64,000 nt of DNA from Gammaproteobacteria bacterium (GCA_965277715.1 OZ255836.1:160001-224000), one strand, 5' to 3'; shown: positions 1-10,407, counted from the first letter of the stretch. Made by a program: numbers and translations. The notes: generated by a model not told the origin, from the sequence alone.

Positions 1-1
1 C

Positions 2-529
2 ATGCCTAGTTTCTTTGATAGTCTGATCAAAGCGCTGGAGATCACGGTTTTGATTATGTTCCTGGTTGCCGCATCGAACTTCTTTGGCGCCGAATTCAGT
101 GCCTTGGGCACGCCAAAGATGATGACTGAGTTGCTACTTGGCCTCGATATGTCGCCTTACTTGATACTGTTATTGGTCATGGCATTGATCTTCCTGCTCG
201 GATGGCCACTGGAGTGGGTGCCTATTGTTCTGATCGTTGTGCCAATTTTGCTACCGACGGTCGAGGCGTTGGAAGTCCATGGACTGGGTCGCTACGACCT
301 AATGGTCTGGTTTGGCATTCTGGTCGCGGTGAACCTGCAGACCGCATGGCTATCTCCACCTGTGGCTTTGTCAGCTTACTTCCTGAAGGGTGTTGTGCCG
401 GATTGGGATCTCAAGGACATCTATCTAGGCATGATGCAGTTCATGGTGATTCAACTCGTCGGTCTCATCCTGCTGTTTTCCTTTCCACAACTGGTGCTTT
501 GGCTACCCAAAGTAATGTCTGGTGGGTAA
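2..529 (+). CDS. TRAP transporter large permease (DctM-like), C-terminal part, 5' end outside window
   Basis: Hydrophobic protein with 'WFGILVAVNLQTAWLSPPVALSAYFLKGV', the typical DctM C-terminal motif. Confidence 0.9.
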   Translation: MPSFFDSLIKALEITVLIMFLVAASNFFGAEFSALGTPKMMTELLLGLDMSPYLILLLVMALIFLLGWPLEWVPIVLIVVPILLPTVEALEVHGLGRYDLMVWFGILVAVNLQTAWLSPPVALSAYFLKGVVPDWDLKDIYLGMMQFMVIQLVGLILLFSFPQLVLWLPKVMSGG

Positions 530-612
530 ATCATAGTGCATCTCCTTCGGTTTACCTTGTCCTGGGTAAGCACCCGACATGATGATATATATCCTGGCAA
601 AGGCCGGGATGT

Positions 613-870
613 ATGAAACGCGAACGCGGCTCCTCGATCGATCGGTGCTCGATATTCTCGACACCGTCACCGCATCGACGAAGCCGCTTAGCGCAACCGA
701 TATCAACGAGGCGCTGAACCTGCCCAAGGTAACCACGCATCGGTTTTGAGCCAAGCTCGAAGCGCGGAGATACTTGCTCAAGAGAGTCGATAGTAAAAGT
801 TATCAGGTCGGCAATCGCCTTTTTGCTGTTGCTGTTGGAGTCCTGGCCAGTTCTCGTTCGACAACCAGGA
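613..870 (+). pseudogene. IclR-family regulator remnant (HTH only)
   Basis: Manual translation MKRERGSSIDR/VLDILDTVTASTKPLSATDINEALNLPKVTTHRF*AKLEARRYLLKRVDSKSYQVGNRLF; one frameshift, one in-frame stop, effector domain missing. Confidence 0.75.
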
Positions 871-1108
871 ACTTTATGATGATGTTGTCGCCATCGCGGT
901 ACTTATCAAGGACAAGCGAGGCAGATATTATAGTTCGCTCGCGATCCAGGCTCCGGCGTCGCGTCTCTCCATCAATTATAGTGAACGTTACCTGCCATTG
1001 TTGTGTGAGGCTGCTAACGAATTAGCGATGCTGGCCGAAGACGAGGAACAGGGAAAAATCCAGGCAAGCCTGGCTGATCCATATGAAAAAAGCAAAGAAA
1101 GCAAGAAA

Positions 1109-1732
1109 GACAGGCACTATATAAAAAATATAAAAACAACTTGAAAATAAAAATAGTATCGAGAGTATCCGAGTCTGGATTTTTTACCTATCTTGGAGGG
1201 TATTCAGTGTAATTATCCAATCATTGAGTCTTGTTTTAGCAAGAAATATTTTTTTCAGGAAAATGAAAACAGCCGATTTGAATCGGTTGAGAAAATCCAG
1301 AGAGTTGAAACAGTGGAACGGCTGAATGGCTATCCCGTATCAGCAGCAATGATCTTATTAGCCAACGCCTTCCAATAACGCGATTCAAAGTATTGGGTGT
1401 TGTTTAGCCAGTTTTCTCTGCCAATGTTGAGCCGTTGTAATATTGGTGGTAGATCTTGAGAAATGTAGCCCCGCTTGTCTTGTCGAATAGCTTTACCCGT
1501 CCAGTCAACCAAATTCAAACTATTGGTGATGGTATTCATAATCGCGTTGAGTGAGCAGATCCAGCCCGCAGAGAAAGGTGCGCCGTACACAGCGTGATAC
1601 GATGTGGTAGTAGGGGGTGTCTGATAGTGAGGTTTGGTCTTTGCGGGGCGGGTCATGATCAGTTCCTTTAACGCTGGCTGGGTTCCATCCTAAAAGAGAG
1701 TAAGGCTATCTGTTAATTATTCGATGCCTGTC
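1109..1732 (-). mobile_element. Internally deleted RAYT-like (Y1 HUH) transposase remnant with short terminal inverted repeats
   Basis: Frameshift-corrected N-terminus [31 protein letters not shown] joined to C-terminal LVDWTGKAIRQDKRGYI...PILQRLNI; GACAGGCA (1109-1116) and TGCCTGTC (1725-1732) are inverted. Confidence 0.7.
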
Positions 1733-1813
1733 CTAGTAGCTATACTACCGGTAGTATACTCAAAAACCTGATATAGAGTTTAACCTCTAGCTCATTTAAA
1801 GTACTATCAGGCC

Positions 1814-2677
1814 ATGCAAACGGGCATCGAACATTTACCTGCGGAAAAACAAACTGAGTTAAAACAGCTTGCTACTATCGTTCGTCGGCATACCGACGAT
1901 GTAGAGATGATCATATTGTTTGGTTCTTATGCTCGCGGGGAATACAAAGAAGAAAAAGATTTAAAGCCAGATCGTAAATCGGGCCATGCCTCTGATTATG
2001 ATATTTTAGTAGTCACTAAAAACCGAGATACCGTTGATAACAGTGAATTATGGAAAACCATTAATGATGATTGCTATGCCCAACAGTTTAGTGCTGTGCC
2101 ACGTTTCATTGTACATGACATCCAACAATTAAATACTAAACTGGCTCAAGCACATTATTTTTATACAGAAGCAACTGAAGAGGGTTGTTTCCTTTATAAT
2201 TCTGAGCAGTTTACTTTAGCAAAAAAATGTGAGTTGTTACCAGAAGAGCGTAAGCGCTTAGCTCAAGAGCATTATGATTCTTGTTTCAATAGCGCAGTTG
2301 ATTTTTTTGAGGGTTATGAATTTTATTTAAACAAAGCCAAATTTTCCAAAGCGGCTTTTCTACTTAATCAATCCACTGAATCTGCGTACAAAACAATTTT
2401 ACTTGTCTTTACCAATTACGCTCCTCATGAGCATTATTTATCATTATTGGGTAATTACGCTGTAGATGAGCATAAGTTGTTTGCTGATATTTTTCCATTA
2501 GATACTAAAGCGCAGCGAGATAGGTTTAATTTATTGGATTATGCTTATATCGGTGCCAGATATGACCCGGCATTTAAGGTTGGAAAAGGCGATTTAGAGT
2601 TGTTAGCTGAATGTGTCAAAAAGCTCATAGAACTGGCAAAGAAAATATGTGAAGAGAAAATTCAAAGTTTTGCATAA
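1814..2677 (+). CDS. Fused minimal nucleotidyltransferase (MNT) + HEPN domain protein
   Basis: ILFGSYARG...SDYDILVV NTase motif; HEPN-like AAFLLNQSTESAYK...AYIGARY. Confidence 0.88.
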   Translation: MQTGIEHLPAEKQTELKQLATIVRRHTDDVEMIILFGSYARGEYKEEKDLKPDRKSGHASDYDILVVTKNRDTVDNSELWKTINDDCYAQQFSAVPRFIVHDIQQLNTKLAQAHYFYTEATEEGCFLYNSEQFTLAKKCELLPEERKRLAQEHYDSCFNSAVDFFEGYEFYLNKAKFSKAAFLLNQSTESAYKTILLVFTNYAPHEHYLSLLGNYAVDEHKLFADIFPLDTKAQRDRFNLLDYAYIGARYDPAFKVGKGDLELLAECVKKLIELAKKICEEKIQSFA

Positions 2678-2691
2678 TAGTTTAGCAACAA

Positions 2692-2739
2692 ATTTAACAA
2701 AGCATTCCAGCGGGTTAACCGCTGAATGCGACGTTAGCA
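2692..2739 (+). repeat. Short (48 bp) attC-like integron recombination site
   Basis: ATTTAAC-N5-ATTCCAGC-GGGTTAACC-GCTGAAT-N5-GTTAGCA: R'', L'' with an extra base, L', R'. Confidence 0.65.
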
Positions 2740-2744
2740 ACTAA

Positions 2745-2978
2745 GCTGTGATTTGAAGGGAATCGTCGCTTGGTTATACTCAAAAAAGCGTGGGTGGGAA
2801 AGTTTCGCTGCTGTGATTTGAAGGGAATCGTCGCTTGGTTATACTGGAATATGCTGAACCAAGAGAGGGTGTGGGGCTGTGATTTGAAGGGAATCGTCGC
2901 TTGGTTATACTAAGTTTAGATGATTTAAAGTCTGCTCATCAAGCTGTGATTTGAAGGGAATCGTCGCTTGGTTATACT
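2745..2978 (+). CRISPR. Type II-C CRISPR array, 4 identical 36-bp repeats, 3 spacers (29, 30, 31 bp)
   Basis: GCTGTGATTTGAAGGGAATCGTCGCTTGGTTATACT at 2745, 2810, 2876, 2943; next to cas2; strand inferred from tracrRNA complementarity. Confidence 0.97.
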
Positions 2979-3026
2979 ACCTGTTCTGTAAGTGGTTGAA
3001 TCGACAATAGAAAAGTATTCAATCGC

Positions 3027-3356
3027 TTAGAACATTTCGATCTGCGAGGGCGCCTTTTCCGGCGCCCCTCGGCTTTTTCCATGAAAAATTTCCATCTTGC
3101 CATACTGTACATCTGTTAAACTCATTACCCTTACTTCACCATCTGGTGGTAAGGCTTGTTTGATGCGCTTACGGTGAACCATGGCTTTTTCTTCCCCCGG
3201 GCAGTATCTGGCGTACACGGAATACTGCAGCATACTAAAACCGTTTTTCAGTAATTGTTTGCGAAAATCTGTATACGCCCGGCGGGCTTTCGGCGTATCC
3301 GTCGGGAGATCAAATAATGCGATGAGCCACACGGCCTGATAAGGCGAAATCGCCAT
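3027..3356 (-). CDS. cas2: CRISPR-associated endonuclease Cas2
   Basis: WLIALFDLPT...FRKQLLKNGFSMLQYSVYAR, type II Cas2 signature. Confidence 0.97.
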   Translation of the reverse strand: MAISPYQAVWLIALFDLPTDTPKARRAYTDFRKQLLKNGFSMLQYSVYARYCPGEEKAMVHRKRIKQALPPDGEVRVMSLTDVQYGKMEIFHGKSRGAPEKAPSQIEMF

Positions 3357-4247
3357 CTATACCGTTGGCAGCATAAGCGTTTTCCTTTCGCCCAGCATAA
3401 CCTGCGCCAATGACTGAGCGGACTTTTGAATAGCCCCCTGTAAAGTAAGTTGCTCTTCGTTTACGGTAACTTTGTAACTTATCAGCTCCAATAGCTGGCG
3501 TCTCAATTCCTGATCCAGCTCGGCGTTAGCGTCACACGCTTGTATCAACTGCCAGACATGCAAATCCACATAAGGCCGGTAAGGTTCCATTACATCGTCT
3601 GATAGGCAATAGGCGTTGTAGCGGTTGTGATGATGTATACCCAACGACGGGTGTAGCCCCGCAGCACACAAGGAGCGACTGACCAAAGCGCGCAAGATAG
3701 CGTAGCCATAATTGAGAAAGCGGTTTTGATCCGGTGCGTCTCTATCTCTTTTAAAACCTTCGCCCTTAAACAGGCGGCTCCAATAGCGACGGGCCGCCTG
3801 AGCCTCGATATTGGCAGGGTCGCCGGAACGCACCTTTTTTACCAACACTGACAAACCAGCGTCATTTCCCGTAAGGTCTTGCAAAACGCGGCCTTGAAAG
3901 CGGATTTTGGCCTGAATCAGTTGCTTCCATAGTGCCTTTTTCACGGGTTTCTGCAGTTCCACTTGTGCGGCAAAGCGTTCGGTTTGTAAGGTATTACTGT
4001 CCAGCGGCATAAACAGGCCAATAGGGTGATGGCTCTGGTTACTGCTGATCACCATCACATTTGCCTGTACCAGCTCACTCAAACAATATTGAGTAATCAG
4101 TGTTTGCGGATGGTCGATAATCACCGCAGAGAGGTCTTCTATGGGCACGGAGCCAATCTGTTGCTTATCGCGTTCGATAATCAGTTGCTGATGGCGGTAG
4201 CTGAGATAGCAGCCTTCTGTGCCGATTTCGATAATCCGCTTACTCAT
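3357..4247 (-). CDS. cas1: Type II CRISPR-associated endonuclease Cas1
   Basis: NIEAQAARRYW, LNYGYAILR, LGIHHHN..NAYCLSDDVMEPYRP. Confidence 0.97.
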   Translation of the reverse strand: MSKRIIEIGTEGCYLSYRHQQLIIERDKQQIGSVPIEDLSAVIIDHPQTLITQYCLSELVQANVMVISSNQSHHPIGLFMPLDSNTLQTERFAAQVELQKPVKKALWKQLIQAKIRFQGRVLQDLTGNDAGLSVLVKKVRSGDPANIEAQAARRYWSRLFKGEGFKRDRDAPDQNRFLNYGYAILRALVSRSLCAAGLHPSLGIHHHNRYNAYCLSDDVMEPYRPYVDLHVWQLIQACDANAELDQELRRQLLELISYKVTVNEEQLTLQGAIQKSAQSLAQVMLGERKTLMLPTV

Positions 4248-7200
4248 GGGGGGTGGCCACTTTTCCTAGCGGGCTTATCGTTAACAGTCTTGCTCCAGAC
4301 TGCCTGAGTGTTTCAGGGGTTTTATAAATAAATTTCTGCGAATCCTGACTTGCATCCGTATGAGTACGTAATGCGATAAGACCGTTTTGATCAAATTTCT
4401 GCACCCGGCAAATTAAAGCCTGGCCTTGATGGTTTAGTGAGAATACATCTTCTTTGTGTACAGTCATAACAAAGCGCTCATCTTTGCCATGTTGGATTGT
4501 TACCACGGGCTGACCGTGCCGTTTACGAGTGGCTGCTTCCAGCATGTTCACCACTTCGCCACGCCATTTAAGCCTGCCTTTTACGTCGGTAAATTCAATA
4601 ATCTCAATATGATGATTGTTGCGCGTCCAGACGTTACGTTGATGCCTGATGCTTTCATCATTGCTGCCAATAGTGGCGATAGTGCGTTGATAAACCAACC
4701 GGACTTTTTTGATGGGGCGAGTTACACGGCCCTGTTTATCCCGAAAACCGAAAGGATTTTCGGGGTTGGCGAAAGCGTCTTTGAAGTTTTGTGACCTGGC
4801 AAAGTGCTCTAACGCCATTTGCCGGATTTTAGGGTCACGGATATGGTGCAGATCCTTTTGCTTGCTTAATTCCACCAGCGGTTTGCGTATAACAACTTCT
4901 GGCACGCCTTTGGTGTCGGTGTTGCCGGTAAGCCCGTAGAGAAACTCTTTGTGTAATGCGCCTTGCACCTTGCGATTGGTTTTGTGGGAGACCGTGATTT
5001 TCCCCACCGCTTTGGTGGCGTGTTGACGCAGGTCAGTGATAGGTTCCGGGTAGTTTTCTATGCGTAGACCGCGATATGAAAGGGTGTGATAGCGACTGAG
5101 CCGCTGCACTGCTCGCCTATCTGTCAAGGCAACCACTAACGCATCTATAGCATGGTGGCGGTGGTCCTCTCGCGTTTTTTCACCATCATTGCTAAGAATG
5201 CCATTAAGTGCCCAGGCGCGCCTTAAGAGTGCAGTGGTGCCTCCTTTAACCGGTTGTACGTTTACGCCAAGCTGCCCTAAAAAGGTAACGGTTTGCCGCG
5301 CAATATAGCGGGTTTCATTTAACTGCTGGCTGACAAAGTCCACGTCGTCAAGATTTTCCATAGTGAAGCGTTTGCGCTTTGGGTAAGGCAACTTTTTTAC
5401 ACGTGCCAATATTTCACCGTATATCACTTGGTTACCAGAATAGTGTTCATAAGGCGTATGGTTTGCTTTGCGCTCGTTTTCGCCTTTTTCACACAAGGTT
5501 TTGTTCATAAAGCTGTCATCCAGACTGCGAGAATAGGGGATGATGTGTTCGATATCAAAGCGCGGGGAATCACCGAACAGTGCGTCCATGCTAATAGTCT
5601 TACCTGTATAGGGGCACAGGTGTTCGCATTCCTCCCAGAGTTTGTATTTGATGATATCGTTTCGCGTGGGGTTAAGGCCGTATTCGCCTAGTCTTTCCTC
5701 TGCTATTTTATTTTTCTTTTCATTTTCTTTATTGCGCCGGTCATCTTCCGCACGCTGCTTGGCGTTGGCTTTAAGGTCACGCGCCATTTCTACCCGGATA
5801 ATATCGGTTGCCGTAGGTTTTGATAATGGCATTCACTACCTTACGCACCTGATATAAAGCGCGTTCCACCATGGGGTTGCGCAGATCACCGATACACATA
5901 GGGCCGTCAGTCAAGTCATCGGCGTGATTGGCAGAGTTGATTACTGTGCCGTCTTTTTTCTCTTTACGCCGGGCGGCTTTACCGGGAAAAGGCAGTGCAT
6001 CGAAACACTTTTCAGGTTCCGGTTTAGTATGCATATAACCAGCACGCTCGCAGGCTTGGTTGTAGGTGTATCCACGATTCTCTGGAGTGGAAACTTCACT
6101 CAAAAACGACAGAATATCGCGGATCGCCTTGTGTGATAAGTGCATATACCCTTTGGGTAGACGAAGGTTGAGCAGCTTATCAATAGTAGATTCTTCAAAG
6201 CGCCAGTATTTCCGCAGGCGATTTTTGAGGGGCTGTTCTTCGGCGATATTAATCAGGTCGGATACCAAGTCCTCCTTCTGTCGATTCGACAGTGACTGCC
6301 AGGTTTTTTTGGTCAGCGCGCTGGAGAGCATAGCGGCGGTTTGGTTGCCTAGCAGGCCGGATTTGCGCACCCGCTCCAGGTTCAAGTGGCTGGATTTGTC
6401 GGGAAGACTCAGGGCTTTTTTCACCTTTTCCCAGGACATTTGCTTACTGGTGCCAAGTTTGCTGTGCAGAATCAGTCGCTCTTTGTCGGTGAGAAAACGT
6501 TCTTTACCATCGGCAAAAATAACCTTTAGGTTGTTCAGGTTTTGCCACAACCTAAATTCCTGAGCAGCCAGGGTTGCCGCTGCCGCTCGTTTACGTTGAG
6601 TAAACTCACAACTGCCTATCAGATGCTTTTGTATTTTTAATGGCCGCTGGTCAAAAATTGCCGCCCTTATACGCTTACGTGATGTTGGGGTCATGGCCTT
6701 GGGGTGATGTGTCTCCTGTGCCAGCCAAATCTCATCAAACTCCTTTTCATACATGCGTCGGGCGGTATAGTTGCCACGGATACGGGTTTTATGCGGGTCG
6801 AGTGAATAGAAATACTCGCCGAGGCTACGGTAGCGACCCTCTCGCATCGCTGTATCTATTTCACCGATGCCGCTACTGACTGCGCCGTCTTCTTTGTCAT
6901 TGCCCACTTTCCGATTGGAAAGATAGCCACGCCGCTGGCCCAGATGGTATAAAGCTCTGCCCAGGTGGTAAGCGGATAACGGTTTGTCCAGCGCCTGAGC
7001 GCGTAAGGCGTAGGGATCAAGCTGAAACACTTCTGCCAACTCGACAGGTTTTTTAGGTAACAGGCGACTGTCTTGCAGAGCATGTAACAGCTTCTGCTTG
7101 CGGCGCACCCGGCGATAACCCTGCCGCCTTAGCGAACGCGCCTCACGGCGCTCCTGGTTCAGTGATTTTTCGCCATTACTGCGGTCCACCCCTTCAGGGA

Positions 7201-7309
7201 AGATACGCACGCCCATATCGACTATGGACTGCGGTGTGGGGTCAACGTCAATCAGGCACCAACCAACTGAGCTGGTACCAAGGTCGAGGCCGAGAATGGT
7301 TTTTTTCAT
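4240..7309 (-). pseudogene. cas9: Type II-C Cas9 (~1020 aa if repaired), split into two ORFs by one frameshift at ~5806-5809
   Basis: RuvC-I ILGLDLGTSSVGW, bridge helix and REC in 5777-7309; RuvC-II IIRVEMARD, HNH DIEHIIPYS...N...N and RuvC-III HHAIDA in 4240-5832; no csn2 or cas4. Confidence 0.93.
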
Positions 7310-7328
7310 TCCTGTACTCCTTATGTAA

Positions 7329-7409
7329 GTTTATTAGGTTTAGTGTTGCAGTTTTTGTAGGAATAGAAAAATTGCTTTGTCGTTTATTAGATTTTAGTGC
7401 AGTTTTTGT
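7329..7409. repeat. Pair of imperfect ~29-bp direct repeats upstream of cas9
   Basis: GTTTATTAGGTTTAGTGTTGCAGTTTTTGT (7329-7358) and GTTTATTAGATTTTAGTGCAGTTTTTGT (7382-7409). Confidence 0.7.
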
Positions 7410-8836
7410 TTTCGTGTGATTTTACTCAAGGTTGCCCGATTTCACAGTTACTAATTTTTGTTATGAAAATAGCTGTAAATGCCCTTGAATAGTCTGGCTA
7501 TGATGTGCTTTTCAGTTTGTTTTCCCCTGGAATCGCTAATGTTTAGGCTGATGTCTGTTCCCGGTGGCGCACTCACTGCTATTCTGATGGGTTCATCATT
7601 TGCTTTAGAGGGGATTATTTCTTTGTTCATAGAAAAACATCAGTGTTTCAAAATTCCTGGCTGTCGAGGTTTTAAATGCCTCACTAAGCTATGCATAATA
7701 GTTCTAAGGGACTTTCTTGTCATTATTGCATTTTGCAGAGAGCGGATGGTGAATGAGCATATACGGGTAATTCTAGCGTAAAAAAACAATGGATTAACAA
7801 AGCCGCCTTTTTTCTGGGCAATTTGTTGTCTCTTATCAAGCATTTTAGTGTATTTTTTATCAGATGGATGAATACATTCCAGGTTCTTTGTTTTTGATGT
7901 TTCTTCAAAAATACGCATGATATTATAGGCCATGGCAGTAAAACGCATTTGACTGTTCAGCGCATTCAGGTTTGAAGACCAGGCTTTTCTTTCGGTGAAA
8001 TCACTTTTACTATTGTTGAATGATTTTTCTATCGTCCAACGCTTGTAATAGAGCATAGCAATAGTGCCTTGGTTAATTGACTCTGGTAGCGTTGAAATAA
8101 ATTGATGTAATTGACCTGTTTCTGGGTCGCGGTATTTAACAATATGAAATTGGACCTTTTTATTTTTATATACACTATAGCCTTCAACCCCTGTATTAAT
8201 TTCACTACCCTGGTCATAGGGTATAGAGTTGACAAAAGTTGCAACTGCATTTTCTTTGAGTACTGAAATCATAAAATTCTGATGCTGTTTTTGCTTTTCC
8301 CACCATGCATAATCAGTCACCGCCTTATCGTATATATAGAGGTGCTTTTGCCAAGTCTCTTTTTCGCCACAACGTTGTTCAATATAAGAACGTAACGCGG
8401 GTATTTCCTGGTGCCGTTCAGTACCGTTAGTCACGACACAAAGTGGTCTTAGAAGTCCATTTCTGAGGTTCAAGGCATGAATAAAGCCTGCTGCGAAGAC
8501 GTTGCCCTGACGATTTTTCTCTGTGTGACAAGCATGCTGTATAAAATGACCATCAGCTGCTTCTACTCGATATTCTTCAAGTTCAGGAAATTGTTTTAAA
8601 TAATCAATGTCCAAAGAAGATAATTTCTCACTTTGCAGTTGATAGCTTTGCTTTTCCATGGCTTCCATCATCTTCATCCGTCTTGTCGACTTTAATGCGT
8701 TAAAATAGCTTGAATGACAAATTGTCTCGTCGTATATTTCATCCGTAACCTGTAGATAGTCCCCCTGTGTCAGGGTAGTTGTCCCCCTCCCTAAATTGGG
8801 ATTCAATAAGTTATTACAGGAGGCAAAGAGAGAGAT

Positions 8837-9331
8837 ATGGGTTATCCAATAGAAAGAAAGGCCGCTGTTTTAAAGAAGATGCTGCCGCCGAACAATCAGA
8901 CAATTTCCCGGTTAGCCAAAGAAGAAGGCATTGCACAAGGTACGCTTTATAGTTGGCGAGCCCAAGCAAGAGCGAAAGGCGAACTCATGCCAGATGGCGA
9001 TTTGACACCAGCAGGTTGGGGTTCTTCGGATAAGTTTGCAGCGGTACTGGAAAGTGCGTCATTAAGCGAAACAGACCTTTCAGCTTATTGCCGTCATCGT
9101 GGTTTGTACCCTGATCAGATTAAGGCGTGGCGAATGGCTTGTGAACAAGCCAATGACTGGGATCGCGCCCAAACGAAGCGTTTACAAACCAGTCGTAGAG
9201 AAGCGGATAGACGTATTAAACGTCTCGAACAAGAACTGCACCGAAAGGAGAAAGCGTTAGCCGAAACAGCCGCTTTGCTGGTGCTTAGAAAAAAGGCCCA
9301 AGCGATCTGGGGGGAGGTAGAGGACGAATGA
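8837..9331 (+). CDS. IS3 transposase OrfA
   Basis: HTH plus coiled coil ending ALAETAALLVLRKK; A6G slippery site at 9289-9295. Confidence 0.9.
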   Translation: MGYPIERKAAVLKKMLPPNNQTISRLAKEEGIAQGTLYSWRAQARAKGELMPDGDLTPAGWGSSDKFAAVLESASLSETDLSAYCRHRGLYPDQIKAWRMACEQANDWDRAQTKRLQTSRREADRRIKRLEQELHRKEKALAETAALLVLRKKAQAIWGEVEDE

Positions 9332-10407
9332 CCTGCCATTCAGATCGCCAAAATAGTATCCGTTTAATCAAAGAGGCCGTTGTCGCTGGCGCTACATTAA
9401 GCAAAGCTTGCAAAGTGCTTGAATTACACCCTAAGACGTACCGACGCTGGGCAAACGCGGGTACTGTCCGCGCTGATGGCAGACCCAGCGCTCATCGACA
9501 GGCGCCTGGTAATAAGTTCACAGCAGAAGAGCGGGCATTGATCGTCACCACTTGTAATGAAGCGAAATACCAAGCGCTACCCCCCTCGCAAATTGTGCCC
9601 AAATTGGCGGATGAAGGTGTGTATATTGGATCAGAGTCAAGCTTCTATCGGGTGTTAAAGTCGGAAAACCAACTGCAGCGGCGAGGTAAGGCGGCGGCGC
9701 CTAAAAAACGGCACAAACCTAACAGCTACCTGGCATCAAGGCCAAACGAGGTGTGGTCTTGGGATATTACCTTTTTGAAATCGAACATAACCGGGTGGTT
9801 TTACCGGCTTTATATGATGATGGATATTTACAGTCGTAAAATTGTTGCCTGGGAAGTACATGACAGTGAATCGGCTGATCTGGCAGCGGCGCTGATCCAG
9901 CGTGCCTGTTTAGCGGAGGGATGCAGCCAGAGTCAATTGGTATTACACGCGGATAATGGTGGCCCGATGAAAGGTGCTACCATGTTAGCAAAACTGCAAT
10001 GGTTGGGTGTGATACCTTCGTTTAGCAGGCCATCGGTAAGCGATGATAACCCTTATTCAGAAAGCCTGTTTAGAACCTTAAAATACACGCCTGCCTATCC
10101 GTCAAAGCCATTTGATAGTTTAGCCTCTGCCCGAAACTGGGTGCATGGATTTGTGCAATGGTACAACGACTCTCATTGCCATAGCGGCATTGGGTTTGTG
10201 ACACCAACCTCACGTCATAAAGGCGAAGACCACGCGATACTGGCAGCCAGAAAAGCAGTTTATGAACAAGCAAAGGCCAAACACCCTGAACGCTGGAGTC
10301 AGGATATTAAACACCTCGAACCGGTATCGGGGGTGTGGTTAAACCCGGAAAAGGAAGGCTTGGTTATGAGACAAAAGCACAATGGAATTGAAGAGCAAGT
10401 AGCATAG
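9328..10407 (+). CDS. IS3 transposase OrfB (integrase core)
   Basis: WSWDIT, LHADNG, DNPYSESLFRTLKY DDE triad. Confidence 0.92.
   Translation: MTCHSDRQNSIRLIKEAVVAGATLSKACKVLELHPKTYRRWANAGTVRADGRPSAHRQAPGNKFTAEERALIVTTCNEAKYQALPPSQIVPKLADEGVYIGSESSFYRVLKSENQLQRRGKAAAPKKRHKPNSYLASRPNEVWSWDITFLKSNITGWFYRLYMMMDIYSRKIVAWEVHDSESADLAAALIQRACLAEGCSQSQLVLHADNGGPMKGATMLAKLQWLGVIPSFSRPSVSDDNPYSESLFRTLKYTPAYPSKPFDSLASARNWVHGFVQWYNDSHCHSGIGFVTPTSRHKGEDHAILAARKAVYEQAKAKHPERWSQDIKHLEPVSGVWLNPEKEGLVMRQKHNGIEEQVA

Noticed and set aside
7364-7500. Partial matches of the pseudo-spacer to the cas9 leader (TAGAAAAAT; TTGAATAGTCTGG)
   Set aside because: No contiguous match to the 3' seed; expected by chance in AT-rich DNA
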